A DNA stretch of 64,000 bases from Eledone cirrhosa (lineage: Eukaryota): NCBI GenBank assembly GCA_964016885.1, contig OZ024746.1, forward strand, positions 30,566,001 to 30,630,000. The letters run 5' to 3'. Position numbers and translations under genes: made by a program. Every line of letters starts with the position of its first letter. Within the stretch, counting starts at the first letter, position 1. Below the pieces are notes generated by a model. It ran no database searches. It saw only the letters and a program-made list of their open reading frames with translations, and had not been told where the DNA came from. This document shows positions 27,634 to 39,640 of the stretch, one piece after another.

Positions 27634-28904
27634 ATTACGTGCTGTAATTTCACTATGGAGAAGAAATAAAGACGTAATATGGCTTCATTCCTCTCCATTA
27701 ACGTTTCCACGATAGTAGATTGATAAAAAACTAATTATATCCAGCTTTAATATTTCTTTCTCATACAATGTCTTTTATTATAAAATCAGACAAAAGCGTT
27801 CGGATGGCTGAGTCGGTAGAGCATCGAGCAAATTCTCAGAAATATTTATTCAGTTCAAATCCCGTTGAGCTTAACTTTGCCATTCATCCTGGCGCCGCCA
27901 ATAAAATGAAATACCAATCAAGTACTGGTATCGATTTAATTAACTTTACCTTCTCCGAAAAACTGCTGGCCTTCTACCAAAATCTGAACCCATTTTCATT
28001 AACCCAGCTCATTTTACCTGTCATCATTCCTAGCTCGATAAAATAAAGTACCAGTTTAGTATTAGAGGCTATATATTCGACTTTCCCCTTCCCCTACAGT
28101 TGCTGGTCTTGTGCCTAAATTAGATGTCATTATACAACCCAATGAGATCACATCATATTCAGTTAAATTGTCTCCATTGAGATCAGATCATCAGATGATT
28201 ATGGTTCTTACATTTAAAGGCTTCTCAACATCGTAACCTATGTGTGGCACAGTGCCACAGTAGAAAATGGTGACATAAGTTGAGTGTCACCTTCGCTATG
28301 CCAGCATTGGGGGGGGGGGTTCAGCTTACGGGACTGTCTCAATTACAGGTGTTCCATGTCCTGTGACTCAGTGCCACAGTTGCACATTGTGCCAAAGAAG
28401 AAACTGTATCCCCATTTGTACCAATTCTTATTCGGGTGTTCCATATTTTGTGACTGAGACACTGTTGCACTGTGGCATTGTGCTATAGCAGAACTGTATC
28501 AACATTTATTGAGTGACGCCTTGGCTGTCATTTCTAGTTCTCAGTTTGCTTATTTTTGTATAGTTAATGTATGCATTACACAGTCACACCTTACATTGTT
28601 CTCAGTTATTTCCCTTGGATCCAGTTTACATCTCCACCAGCTGGCAGCTGTTCCCATGGCGTCCTCTCTATTATTTCTTTTCACAGTAAGAAACGTCACT
28701 TTATTTTTTTACCGCAAACAATATTACAATAAACGCATGGATTTAACAACCAAAGTATTTCAATGGAACCTTATTTGGACTTATTTAGAGTATGTTACTG
28801 TCAGAACCTTATATGTCTCCTCAATTTCTATGTTGTCGCGTTTTTCTTGTCGCGTTTTTCTTGTCGCGTTTTTCTTTACTTGTGGATTGGGGTTGTTTTG
28901 GTTT

Positions 28905-29320
28905 TCTTTCTCAAAAGAATAAGAAAGGAACACCAAAGAACGCCAAAACAACGTCAAGTGTATGTCAACAAACTCTAAAATGGTGCCAAAAGAATACCAA
29001 CAGAATATCAAAAATGCTAAAAGAATGCCAGAAGAAACTCAAAACAACGCTACCAAAATACCAAAAGAACAGCAATGCCAAATGTATGCCAAAAGAATAA
29101 CAAAGTAATGCTGAAAGAGTACCAAAAGAATGCCAAGAGAATGCCAAAATAATAACAAATGAATGACAAATGAATGGCAAAAGAATGGCAAAAGAATACC
29201 AAAAGAATGTCAAAAGAATGTCCACAAGATGCCTAACGAAGACCTAATGAATGCCAAAAAATTCAAAAAGAATGTCATTAGAATACCAAACGAATGACAA
29301 AAAAAATAGCAAAAGAAGCT
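28905..29320. repeat. Degenerate ~11-bp minisatellite (AAAAGAATGCC)n
   Basis: Repeated aaagaatgcca/aaagaatacca units. Confidence 0.75.
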
Positions 29321-30117
29321 GCACTATTTTTACAACTGTAAGTAAACACTATGTATTTCTACGTTACACACTATACCCAGGAGTTGTATCAAACAAACTT
29401 TCATTTCTCAGTTATATTCAACAATCATAGAGTAACCACGTGACAATAAAGGGTCTGATACCTGTCAACTATTTTGTTTTGTTTTTTTATTAATTTCTTT
29501 TTTCTTACCGAAGCATTCTAATATTTCTCTATATTTCCTTCTAATATTTCTCTATATTTCCTTCTTATATTTCTGTCTATTTACTTCTTTCCTCCAAATT
29601 TGTTGCCAGCCTCTTTACTCTTTCGTGTAAGTGGAGTTGTCTCTTTTGTTTTCTCTAAAACTTGTGAGAAAGCCATCTCGGATGGGGAAAATAAATCAAA
29701 TATAGACGGCAGAATGTCTACAGTAATAGAAAATATCAATCAAAGTGATGGTGGAATGAGTTGAAGGCAGACGAAGCTCCACTGAGAACAAAAGCTTCCA
29801 TCACACAGTTAGAAAAACTATTTCAACTCCATTGATTAAAGAAAATGAAATAAGCAACATCTTATTCCAAAGAAAACGCAACATATTATTTAGTCAGAAA
29901 TTCATTGTGGTTAAAAATAAAAATACATAATGTAGATGAAGAAGAAAAGAAGAAAGTGAATGGTAGGTATAAATGTATAACGGAATAAGCATATATCAGA
30001 ATAGTGGTATAACAGTATAATGGTACACAGGTATGTTAGGTTGGAGAGAAAACGTTTTACTTAATGTTATATCCACGAGGGATGAGAGAGAGGTGGGAAG
30101 AGGTAGAGAAATTCATG

Positions 30118-30158
<41 letters not shown>

Positions 30159-30312
30159 TATTATATTGTATTATATTATATTATATATATATATCATGCA
30201 TATATAAATATACATATATATATATGTATGTACGTATGTGTGTGTGTGTATATATATATATACATATACTCTTTTACCTGTTTCAGCCATATATATATAT
30301 ATATATATATAC

Positions 30313-30393
<81 letters not shown>

Positions 30394-31049
30394 CTGGTGC
30401 GATATTTTGCTTTACAAGCCATCTCACCAGATGTCGTGACTGTATATCACAAAGTACCCCTTCCGAGAACCTTTAGTTAGTCTATGTCACGACACATGTT
30501 TAGGGGAAGTTTTTGTTTTTCATTTGACTTTCAAACTCTGCAAATTTTTCCTCCTGCCGTGTAGCTTATATTACACTTCCTCACAAACTAATATCACCGA
30601 CACCGTCACCAAAGACAACAACAACAACAACAACAACAGCCATAATGACAACACCACCAACAACAACAGCAGCACGACTAACAACTATAACACAAAAACA
30701 ACTATAACACAAACAACAAACCTAACAGCAACAATAACAACATCAACACTAACACCATCACCATCGTCAACAACAACACTAACGCCACCACCATCAGCAA
30801 CACTAACACCAAACAACAGCACGACTAACAGCAACAACGCCAATAGCTACAATAATAAAACAACAACAATGATATTCGCTTCCTCCCACATTTTTGCAGG
30901 GATTTTTTTAACAAACAACTCTTTACTCAACACTTTTAAACATTAACTTCGCCATATTTTTATTTGTGGTTTGTTTTATATGCTTGAAATTTCATTCATT
31001 TATCCTTATCAAGCCCTCTTTGGATTTTAGTCTTCAAATTTATTATTAT

Positions 31050-31111
<62 letters not shown>

Positions 31112-31115
<4 letters not shown>

Positions 31116-31209
31116 CGAAGGAAATGTGGTAAGGAACCAGGTGGACCATAACGCACCAAAGTACTCAATACTTGGGGTAGTAGAGTGGGTAATAGGAACC
31201 AGTTCCTAT
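31112..31209 (-). mobile_element. Family B mini-element with the hairpin collapsed
   Basis: Intact tail followed only by ataggaaccagttcctat. Confidence 0.8.
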
Positions 31210-31215
31210 ATATAT

Positions 31216-31325
<110 letters not shown>

Positions 31326-31407
31326 CTCATTTTATAACATGTTATCCATGTGCAACCTTGCAGTATTCTTCTCCACATTTTTTCACATATATATATATAT
31401 ATATAGG

Positions 31408-31595
31408 TACGTTATTCCGGGTTGAATCGGAGGTAACCACAGTAAGTAAGGTACTCAATACATTGCAGAGTATAAAAGTTTTAATATAGATGAGATTCTA
31501 CAGGACTAGAACTGTTTCATTCTTTAGAAATCATCAGATTCCTGATGATTTCTAAAGAATGAAACAGTTCTAGTCCTGTAGAATCTCATCTATAT
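31408..31595. mobile_element. Family A PLE end: tail plus back-to-back inverted HHR copies
   Basis: Minus-strand tail+HHR at 31408-31537 fused to a complete plus-strand HHR at 31536-31586; both arms share tttctaaAgaat where the 369/3031 copies have tttctaaTgaat. Confidence 0.8.
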
Positions 31596-31770
31596 ATATA
31601 TATATATATATATATTTAATACAATAACAGAGATAGCTTTAAGCTAAACTCCGACTGGTAACCATCTCACTCAACAAAGATTAGGTTATACGTTAGTATA
31701 AACCCAATTTAAGTGTTTGGGGTGCTAACTATATGTATTTTGTGGAAAGCCAGTTGTATTATTTATATAT

Positions 31771-31960
31771 ATAACAAAGGAATTGTGGTAAGGAACCAAA
31801 TGGACCATAACGCACCAGAGTACTCAATACTTTGGGTAGTAGAGTGGGAAATATGAAAAAATATGACCCCGACGGCAGAGCGCAAGCCGTTTCGACGGCT
31901 ATTTCTGAGTCCAGAAATAGCCGTCGAAATGGCTTGAGCTCTGCCGTCGGAGTCATACGT

Positions 31961-31968
<8 letters not shown>
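31771..31968 (-). mobile_element. Hairpin mini-element (family B), subfamily copy
   Basis: Tail plus palindrome with arms gcagagc/gctctgc and ctatttctg/cagaaatag. Confidence 0.85.
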
Positions 31969-32007
<39 letters not shown>

Positions 32008-32049
32008 ATAACATAAAGTTTATTAGTTTCACGCTTGGAGAAAGTGTAA

Positions 32050-32091
32050 CATAGTCGACGTATCGGACATTTGCCCTTCATCAGGAATGAC
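32050..32091 (-). ncRNA. Degenerate hammerhead motif
   Basis: CTGATGA-agggc aaat gtcc-GATA-cgtc; GAAA changed to GATA and stem I weak. Confidence 0.4.
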
Positions 32092-32559
32092 AGAAAGGGA
32101 AAATAGTAAACAAAAGCACGTTAAAGAAAGAAAACAACAAAATAATAGAATTAAATAGGGTACAAAAAACATTAAAATTAAGAAAAATAAGGAGGGGTGA
32201 GGGGGGGGGGGTGCAGTCTCTGTGTTTATCTCTGTATATGTGTGTATGTGTATGTGTGTGTATGTGTCTATGTTTGTGTATGTTTGTGTATGTATGTGTC
32301 TATGTATGTCTGTGTCTATGTATGTTCATGTGTATGTGTATGTGTGTATGTGTATGTATGTGTCTATGTTTGTGCATATTTAAGTATGTATACGTGTATG
32401 TCTATGTATGTCGATGGCTATGCCTGTGTTTAGATCTGTGTATGTTTGTGTATGTGCCTATGTTTGTGTATGTGCCTATGTATGTGTATATGTGTTTATG
32501 TGTACGTATGTGTCTATGTTTGTGTATGTGTATATGTGTCTATGTGTATATATGTGCCT

Positions 32560-34260
32560 ATGTCTGTGTATGTGTATATGTGACTATGTGTATGTGTCTA
32601 TGCTTGTATATGTGACTATGTGTATGTATGTGACTATGTGTATGTATGTGCCTATGTATGTGTATATGTGACTATGTGTATGTATGTGTATATGTGACTA
32701 TGTGTATGTATGTGCCTATGTATGTGTATATGTGACTATGTGTATGTATGTGCCTATGTATGTGTATATGTGACTATGTGTATGTATATGCCTATGTATG
32801 TGTATATGTGACTATGTGTATGTATGTGTATATGTGACTATGTGTATGTATATACCTATGTATGTGTATATGTGACTATGTGTATGTATATACCTATGTA
32901 TGTGTATATGTGACTATGTGTATGTATATACCTATGTATGTGTATATGTGACTATGTGTATGTATGTGTATATGTGAATATGTGTATGTATGTGCCTATG
33001 TATGTGTATATGTGACTATGTGTATGTATATACCTATGTATGTGTATATGTGACTATGTGTATGTATGTGTATATGTGACTATATGTATGTATATACCTA
33101 TGTATGTGTATATGTGACTATGTGTATGTATATACCTATGTATGTGTATATGTGACTATGTGTATGTATGTGCCTATGTATGTGTATATGTGACTATGTG
33201 TATGTATGTGCCTATGTATGTGTATATGTGACTATGTGTATGTATATACCTATGTATGTGTATATGTGACTATGTGTATGTATGTGTATATGTGACTATA
33301 TGTATGTATATACCTATGTATGTGTATATGTGACTATGTGTATGTATATACCTATGTATGTGTATATGTGACTATGTGTATGTATATACCTATGTATGTG
33401 TATATGTGACTATGTGTATGTATGTGCCTATGTATGTGTATATGTGACTATGTGTATGTATGTGCCTATGTATGTGTATATGTGACTATGTGTATGTATA
33501 TACCTATGTATGTGTATATGTGACTATGTGTATGTATGTGCCTATGTATGTGTATATGTGACTATGTGTATGTATGTGTATATGTGACTATGTGTATGTA
33601 TATGTGCCTATGTGTGTGTATATGTGACTATGTGTATGTATGTCCCTATGTATGTGTATATGTGACTATGTGTATGTATATACCTATGTATGTGTATATG
33701 TGACTATGTGTATGTATGTGCCTATGTATGTGTATATGTGACTATGTGTATGTGCCTATGTTTGTGTATATGTGACTATGTGTATGTATATACCTATGTA
33801 TGTGTATATGTGACTATGTGTATGTATGTGCCTATGTATGTGTATATGTGACTATGTGTATGTATGTGCCTATGTATGTGTATATGTGACTATGTGTATG
33901 TATGTGCCTATGTATGTGTATATGTGACTATGTGTATGTATATACCTATGTATGTGTATATGTGACTATGTGTATGTATGTGCCTATGTATGTGTATATG
34001 TGACTTTGTGTATGTATATACCTATGTATGTGTATATGTGACTATGTGTATGTATGTGCCTATGTATGTGTATATGTGACTATGTGTATGCATGTGCCTA
34101 TGTATGTGAATATGTGACTATGTGTATGTATGTGCCTATGTATGTGTATATGTGACTTTGTGTATGTATATACCTATGTATGTGTATATGTGACTAGGTG
34201 TATGTATGTGCCTATGTATGTGTATATGTGACTATGTGTATGTATGTGCCTATGTATGTG
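32560..34260. repeat. ~38-bp compound minisatellite built from TATG/TG units
   Basis: Unit tatgtgactatgtgtatgtatgtgcctatgtatgtgta with tatacc/tgtgcc variants and shorter ~26-bp units. Confidence 0.95.
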
Positions 34261-34467
34261 TCTTTGACTGAGAAATCTTGAAAAAGCCACTTTGACATTT
34301 CTTTCAACTTCGACATCAGGGGCATCTTATGTGCCAAATAATGACCTATGTTCTGAAACACACACACGTGTGTATATATATATATATACATACATACACG
34401 CTCACATATACACACATACAACACACACACACATATATATGTGTATATATATATATATACATACATA

Positions 34468-35750
34468 CATGGTGGCTGCCAACTCGTTTTCGAGTACGGC
34501 CACTACTTTATATCCATGTAGGAGAACCCCTACCGATGCGCTGAACGAGTGTGACTTTTTAGTCCAGCCGGCGACTTGAAAACTCTGGTACAAACACTAC
34601 ACTTGTGACAATCATTGACACATAGTGTTGGGCCTATGGTACCACGTGATGACAAGTGCAGAGAGATCTCCAGATATAAAGCAATGCCTGCGCCGTGAAG
34701 CTTTTATAGTGAGCAAAGGCACTGCACAAAGCCAGTCCCACTCTCTTAACCAAGATGATATTTACCAAAGAGAAGAACAAGTCGACATCATTGGATACCA
34801 TCAGGGTTGCAAGTGTTATATCAGAGTTTTCCTTCTCCTAGAATTCTGCCTTGACAAAGGCTAAGGGGTCATCTCTCCCGGTGATTTTAGATGGCCATTG
34901 ACTCTTAAGAGCTCCTTTGCCCTTTTGACAGGTTTTGTTTTTAGTCCTGTAGGATGTCCAAAGTCACCCTCCTCACCAAGAAACCTTGGTGGGGTTGCCA
35001 GTTTAGTCGCCAACGACCCGACCATGAGACAGGTTGTACTGGGATACATGTTACCAGTAGCACCAACTGGTGACCTGACATACATACATACATACATACA
35101 TACATACATACATACATACATACATACATACATACATACATACATGGTGGCTGCCAACTCGTTTTCGTGTACGGCCACTACTTTATATCCTTGTAGGAGA
35201 ACCCCTACCGATGCGCTGAACGAGTGTGACTTTTTAGTCCAGCCAGCGACTTGAAAACTCTGGTACAAACACTACACTTGTGACAATTATTGACACATAG
35301 TGCTGGGCCCTTGGTACCATGTGATGACAAGTGCAGAGAGATCTCCAGATATAAAGCAATGCCTGCGCCGTGAAGCTTTTATAGTGAGCAAAGGCACTGC
35401 ACAAAGCTAGTCCCACTCTCTTAACCAAGATGATATTTACCAAAAAGAAGAACAAGTCAACATCATTGGATACCATCAGGGTTGCAGGTGTTATATCAGA
35501 GTTTTCCTTGTATTGGAATTCTGCCTTGACAAAGGCTAAGGGGTCGTCTCTCCCGGTGATTTTGGATGGCTATTGACTCTTAAGAGCTCCTTTGCCCTTT
35601 GAAAGGTTTTGTTTTTAGTCCTGCAGGATGTCCAAAGTCACCCTCCTCGCCAAGAAACCTTGGTGGGGTTGCCAGTTTAGTCGCCAACGACCCGACCATG
35701 GAACAGGTTGTACTGGGATACATGTTACCAGTAGCACCAACTGGTGACCT
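34468..35750 (-). mobile_element. Tandem pair of apparently full-length (~608 bp) bipartite RTE elements
   Basis: 34468-35076 and 35143-35750 end at the same point (5' AGGTCACCAG on minus strand) and are separated by a (CATA)n tail. Confidence 0.85.
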
Positions 35751-35976
35751 GAGATATATATATACATACATACACGCTCACGTATACACACATACAACAC
35801 ACACATATATATGTATATATATATATATATACATACATACACACTCACATATACACACATATATATGTATATATATATATACATACATACATGCTCACAT
35901 ATACACACATACAACACACACACACACACATATATATACGTACATACACGCTCACATATACACACATACTACACAT

Positions 35977-36020
<44 letters not shown>

Positions 36021-36038
36021 GCTCATATATACACACAT

Positions 36039-36084
<46 letters not shown>

Positions 36085-36277
36085 CACACATACAACACAC
36101 ATATATATACATATATATATAAATATATACATACATACATACATACACGCTCACATATACACACCCACACACGCACGCCATACATACACACGTTTGTGTG
36201 TGCTTCATTCTATGTAAAATGGCGGAGACATTTCTTGAAGAAGGAGACCTCAGCATCTTTCTACTTCAACGTCAATA

Positions 36278-36570
36278 TCGTCTTATGTGTTGGTTACTAG
36301 CATATATTGGGATGGAGAGAGAGACATACACGTCTTATGTGTCAGTTACTAACATATATTGGGGTGGAGAGTGACACACGCGTCTTATCTGTCGGTTACT
36401 AATATATATATATATATATGGGTGGAGAGCGATATACGCGTCTTATGTGCCGGTTACTAATATATATTGGGGTGGAGAGAGACACACGCGTCTTATGTGT
36501 CGGTTACTAATATATATTGGTGTGGAGAGAGAGAGACACACGTCTTATGTGCCGGTTACTGACATACACT
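36278..36570. repeat. ~50-65-bp tandem repeat
   Basis: Repeated cgtcttatgtg..ggttactaa.atatatt..ggtggagag. Confidence 0.8.
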
Positions 36571-37182
36571 GTGGTAGAGATAGAGACACATATCTCTTTT
36601 GTGTATGTCTGTATGTGTGTGTGAGTACGTGTATGTCTGTGTGTGTGTAAGTATGTATGTCTGTATGTGGGAGTGTGTATGTGTATGTCTGTATATGCAT
36701 GTATGTGTATGAGTGTGTGCGTCTATATCTGTATATGTATCTGTTTGAGTGTGTACTTGTATGTCTGTATATGTATGTGTATGTATGAGTGGGTGCGTAT
36801 ATGTATGTATATGTATGTATATGTATGTATATGTACGCGTATATACAGGGTTGGTGGAAGCATTTCTGAATTGAGGTGTGTGGGGGGGTAGCATTCCTGA
36901 AAATCGATGGATTTATTGATTAATTGGTGGATTTATTGATCGATCGATTGATTTATGTGTTTGTCTTGGCTTATTCTTTTATTATTTTATTCTTTTATTT
37001 TTTACTGGTTTCATTCATTTGACTGCAACCATGCTGGGGCATCACTTTAAATGGAGGATTTTAGACTATCAGATCGATCCCAGTAATTATTTCATCGACC
37101 TCAAAGAAATTAATTTATCCATCTCTTTTTGTCGAACCGCTAGTTGTATTTCATGTTTTATTTAATTTTAATTTTCTGTTTG

Positions 37183-37404
37183 AAAATATAGTCGTTCCAG
37201 TGCAAATGACTATGATAATAGTTGATCACTACAATAATTGTTAGAAAAAATCAGGTAAAGTACCCCTGCAGACGGAAAGTAGTGGCCGGGGGTATCTCTG
37301 CCCATATAGTTTCGTCTCTAGGGGTACATTACCAGATATTTTCAAATATCATTTGTGTGATCAACTATTATTATAGTTATCTGCATTAGGACAACTATAT
37401 TTTC
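37183..37404. mobile_element. MITE-like element with ~50-bp imperfect TIRs
   Basis: aaaatatagtcgttccagtgcaaatgactatgataatagttgatcac versus gtgatcaactattattatagttatctgcattaggacaactatatttt. Confidence 0.6.
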
Positions 37405-37774
37405 ATATTTCAAATTTCCCAAAGCTTCACACATAAACCCAATGTTTCAATTTTCTGTTTCTGTCTTCCTCTGGTGTGGAACAAGTCATGTCCTTAGTTT
37501 TGTTATGAAGATGTTAACATCGGTAGAGAATTATGCGATAACGTTTCAGTGTTTATGGAAAACCTTTCTCGGATCAAACACATACTATTTCGTACATTAT
37601 ATGCATGTGTACAACATTCTATGTCTTTCTGAAACGATATATGAATCTCTCGCTCTCTCTCTACATATATCTTTTAGATTTGAAATTATTTATTCTCTAA
37701 ACCAAGGTCCATTGAGCTTATATATGAGAAAATCATCATCATGCATATCAAATATGTATTGATACCTTCACATA

Positions 37775-37822
<48 letters not shown>

Positions 37823-37828
<6 letters not shown>

Positions 37829-38016
37829 ACGAGTAGGACCCCGACGGCTGAGCTCAAGCCGTTTCGACGGCTAATTCTGAGTCCAGAATTAGCCGTCGAA
37901 ACGGCTTGAGCTCAGCCGTCGGGGTCCTACTCGTCCCTATTACCCACTCTACTACCCTAAGTATTGAGTACTTTGGTGCGTTATGGTCCACCTGATTCCT
38001 TACCACATTTCCTTCG

Positions 38017-38020
<4 letters not shown>
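37823..38020 (+). mobile_element. Hairpin mini-element (family B), perfect copy
   Basis: Perfect ~56-bp arms around loop AGTC, then tail; embedded in long pure (TA)n. Confidence 0.9.
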
Positions 38021-38108
<88 letters not shown>

Positions 38109-38143
38109 ATGGAAAAGTTGTTGGGATACATTTATTAATATCG

Positions 38144-38183
<40 letters not shown>

Positions 38184-38225
38184 TACAAATATTAATAAAA
38201 TAGATGTTCTTTTGATCAATTAAAT

Positions 38226-38274
38226 TTTATTATACATATTTCAGAGGTACAACAGTACGTCCTCATCAGACAAA
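38226..38274 (-). ncRNA. Minimal hammerhead motif at the PLE 3' end
   Basis: tttgt-CTGATGA-ggacgtac tgtt gtacctct-GAAA-tatgta-TA-ataaa, same strand as the PLE ORFs. Confidence 0.7.
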
Positions 38275-39340
38275 GTATAATGATACATGACATACCCTGA
38301 GATGTTAAATGGTTAAGATTTAATCAAGGTAGTGATTAACCTATGAGAAAACTCAACATTTATACCCTAATAATGAGAAAATGCGAAAACGTAATAAATT
38401 CAACTTGCTTTAATGTAACAGTTATAGAGATTTTAAAATGTGGGATACTACAAATTATGATTATCGAGGAAGACGTCTCTGGAATTATAATTTTATTACA
38501 GTTTATGAAGGCAACTGATAGATGATTAAAGAGAGGGAGAGATAAAGGGGAGTAATTTATGCAGAAAAAAAATGTTTTCCCCTTAAGGACTAAGAGGTTA
38601 AGTTTCAAAATATTTAATTTATGTTATTTTAAGTTTTTAAAAGTTGATGGTTATTTATATTTATTAATTTTATAAATTTTATAAATTTTTTAAATGTGTT
38701 ACATTTCTAAAATTCTGAATTTTATGAAAACAAAATTAAAGGATTTCCTAGGCCCGCGAAAGAAAAATATACACTGTTGAATTACCCCTTAAATGTAATC
38801 TTTAACGAAAATTACCTATAACAGTGTCAACATTTTCGGTATGTAAAATTTATGAAGTACTTATTGTTAGAAATATCGAAAAATTTATTGTCAAGTAGAT
38901 ACATTGTCTAGAGTATAATGATTAACGCAGATTTTTCAGCCATATATATATATATATATATATATGTGTGCATTTATCGTAATAAATTAATATTTATTAT
39001 ATTATATTAAATCACTATATTAGTTCTACCTTCATGGGAGGAATGAAACCTAAATAATGAATATGTTATTGTACAATATATCTATATTTGACAAACTATA
39101 TATAGCGTTAAACCGAAACGGTAATTATGATTAAGTTATTATACATTATAAATATCGATGCAAAAAACCAAATGCAGAGATATACGTAACTAATAATATG
39201 ATTATGTTATTATACAATATACACATATTTGCAAAAAAATTAGGTATAGAGAGATATACTAAGTATTAATGAGACAGTATACTTTTGGTAAATGATAACG
39301 ATTATAATCTTATATAATAAGTTCAATGCAAAAGTTAAAT

Positions 39341-39640
39341 ACATGCAAAAGTTAAATACATACATACATATATATAAAAGAGTGTAAACGCATGAATGAT
39401 TCACAGTTCAAAATAAGGTCCGTAAAAATTTACAGGTTGGATATTTGAACTATATTTAAAACATAGATAGAAAAATAAAGATAGGTATACTTAAAAACAT
39501 GCAAAAGTTAAATACATACATATATATAAATAAAAGAGTGTAAACGCATGAATGATTCACAGTTCAAAATAAAGTCCGTAAAAATTTACAGGTTGTATAT
39601 TTGAACTATATTTAAAACATAGATAGAAAAATAAAGATAG
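39341..39640. repeat. ~157-bp tandem duplication in the PLE 3' UTR
   Basis: acatgcaaaagttaaatacatac...aaaataaagatag occurs twice. Confidence 0.9.

Noticed and set aside
30524-30946. Thr/Asn-rich mucin-like ORF
   Set aside because: Derived from degenerate (CAA)n/(ACC)n low-complexity sequence
35700-35750. Resemblance of tgtatcccagtac to the 7SL/Alu motif, and HDV-like or twister fold at the RTE 5' end
   Set aside because: Match too short, and required pseudoknot elements could not be fitted by eye
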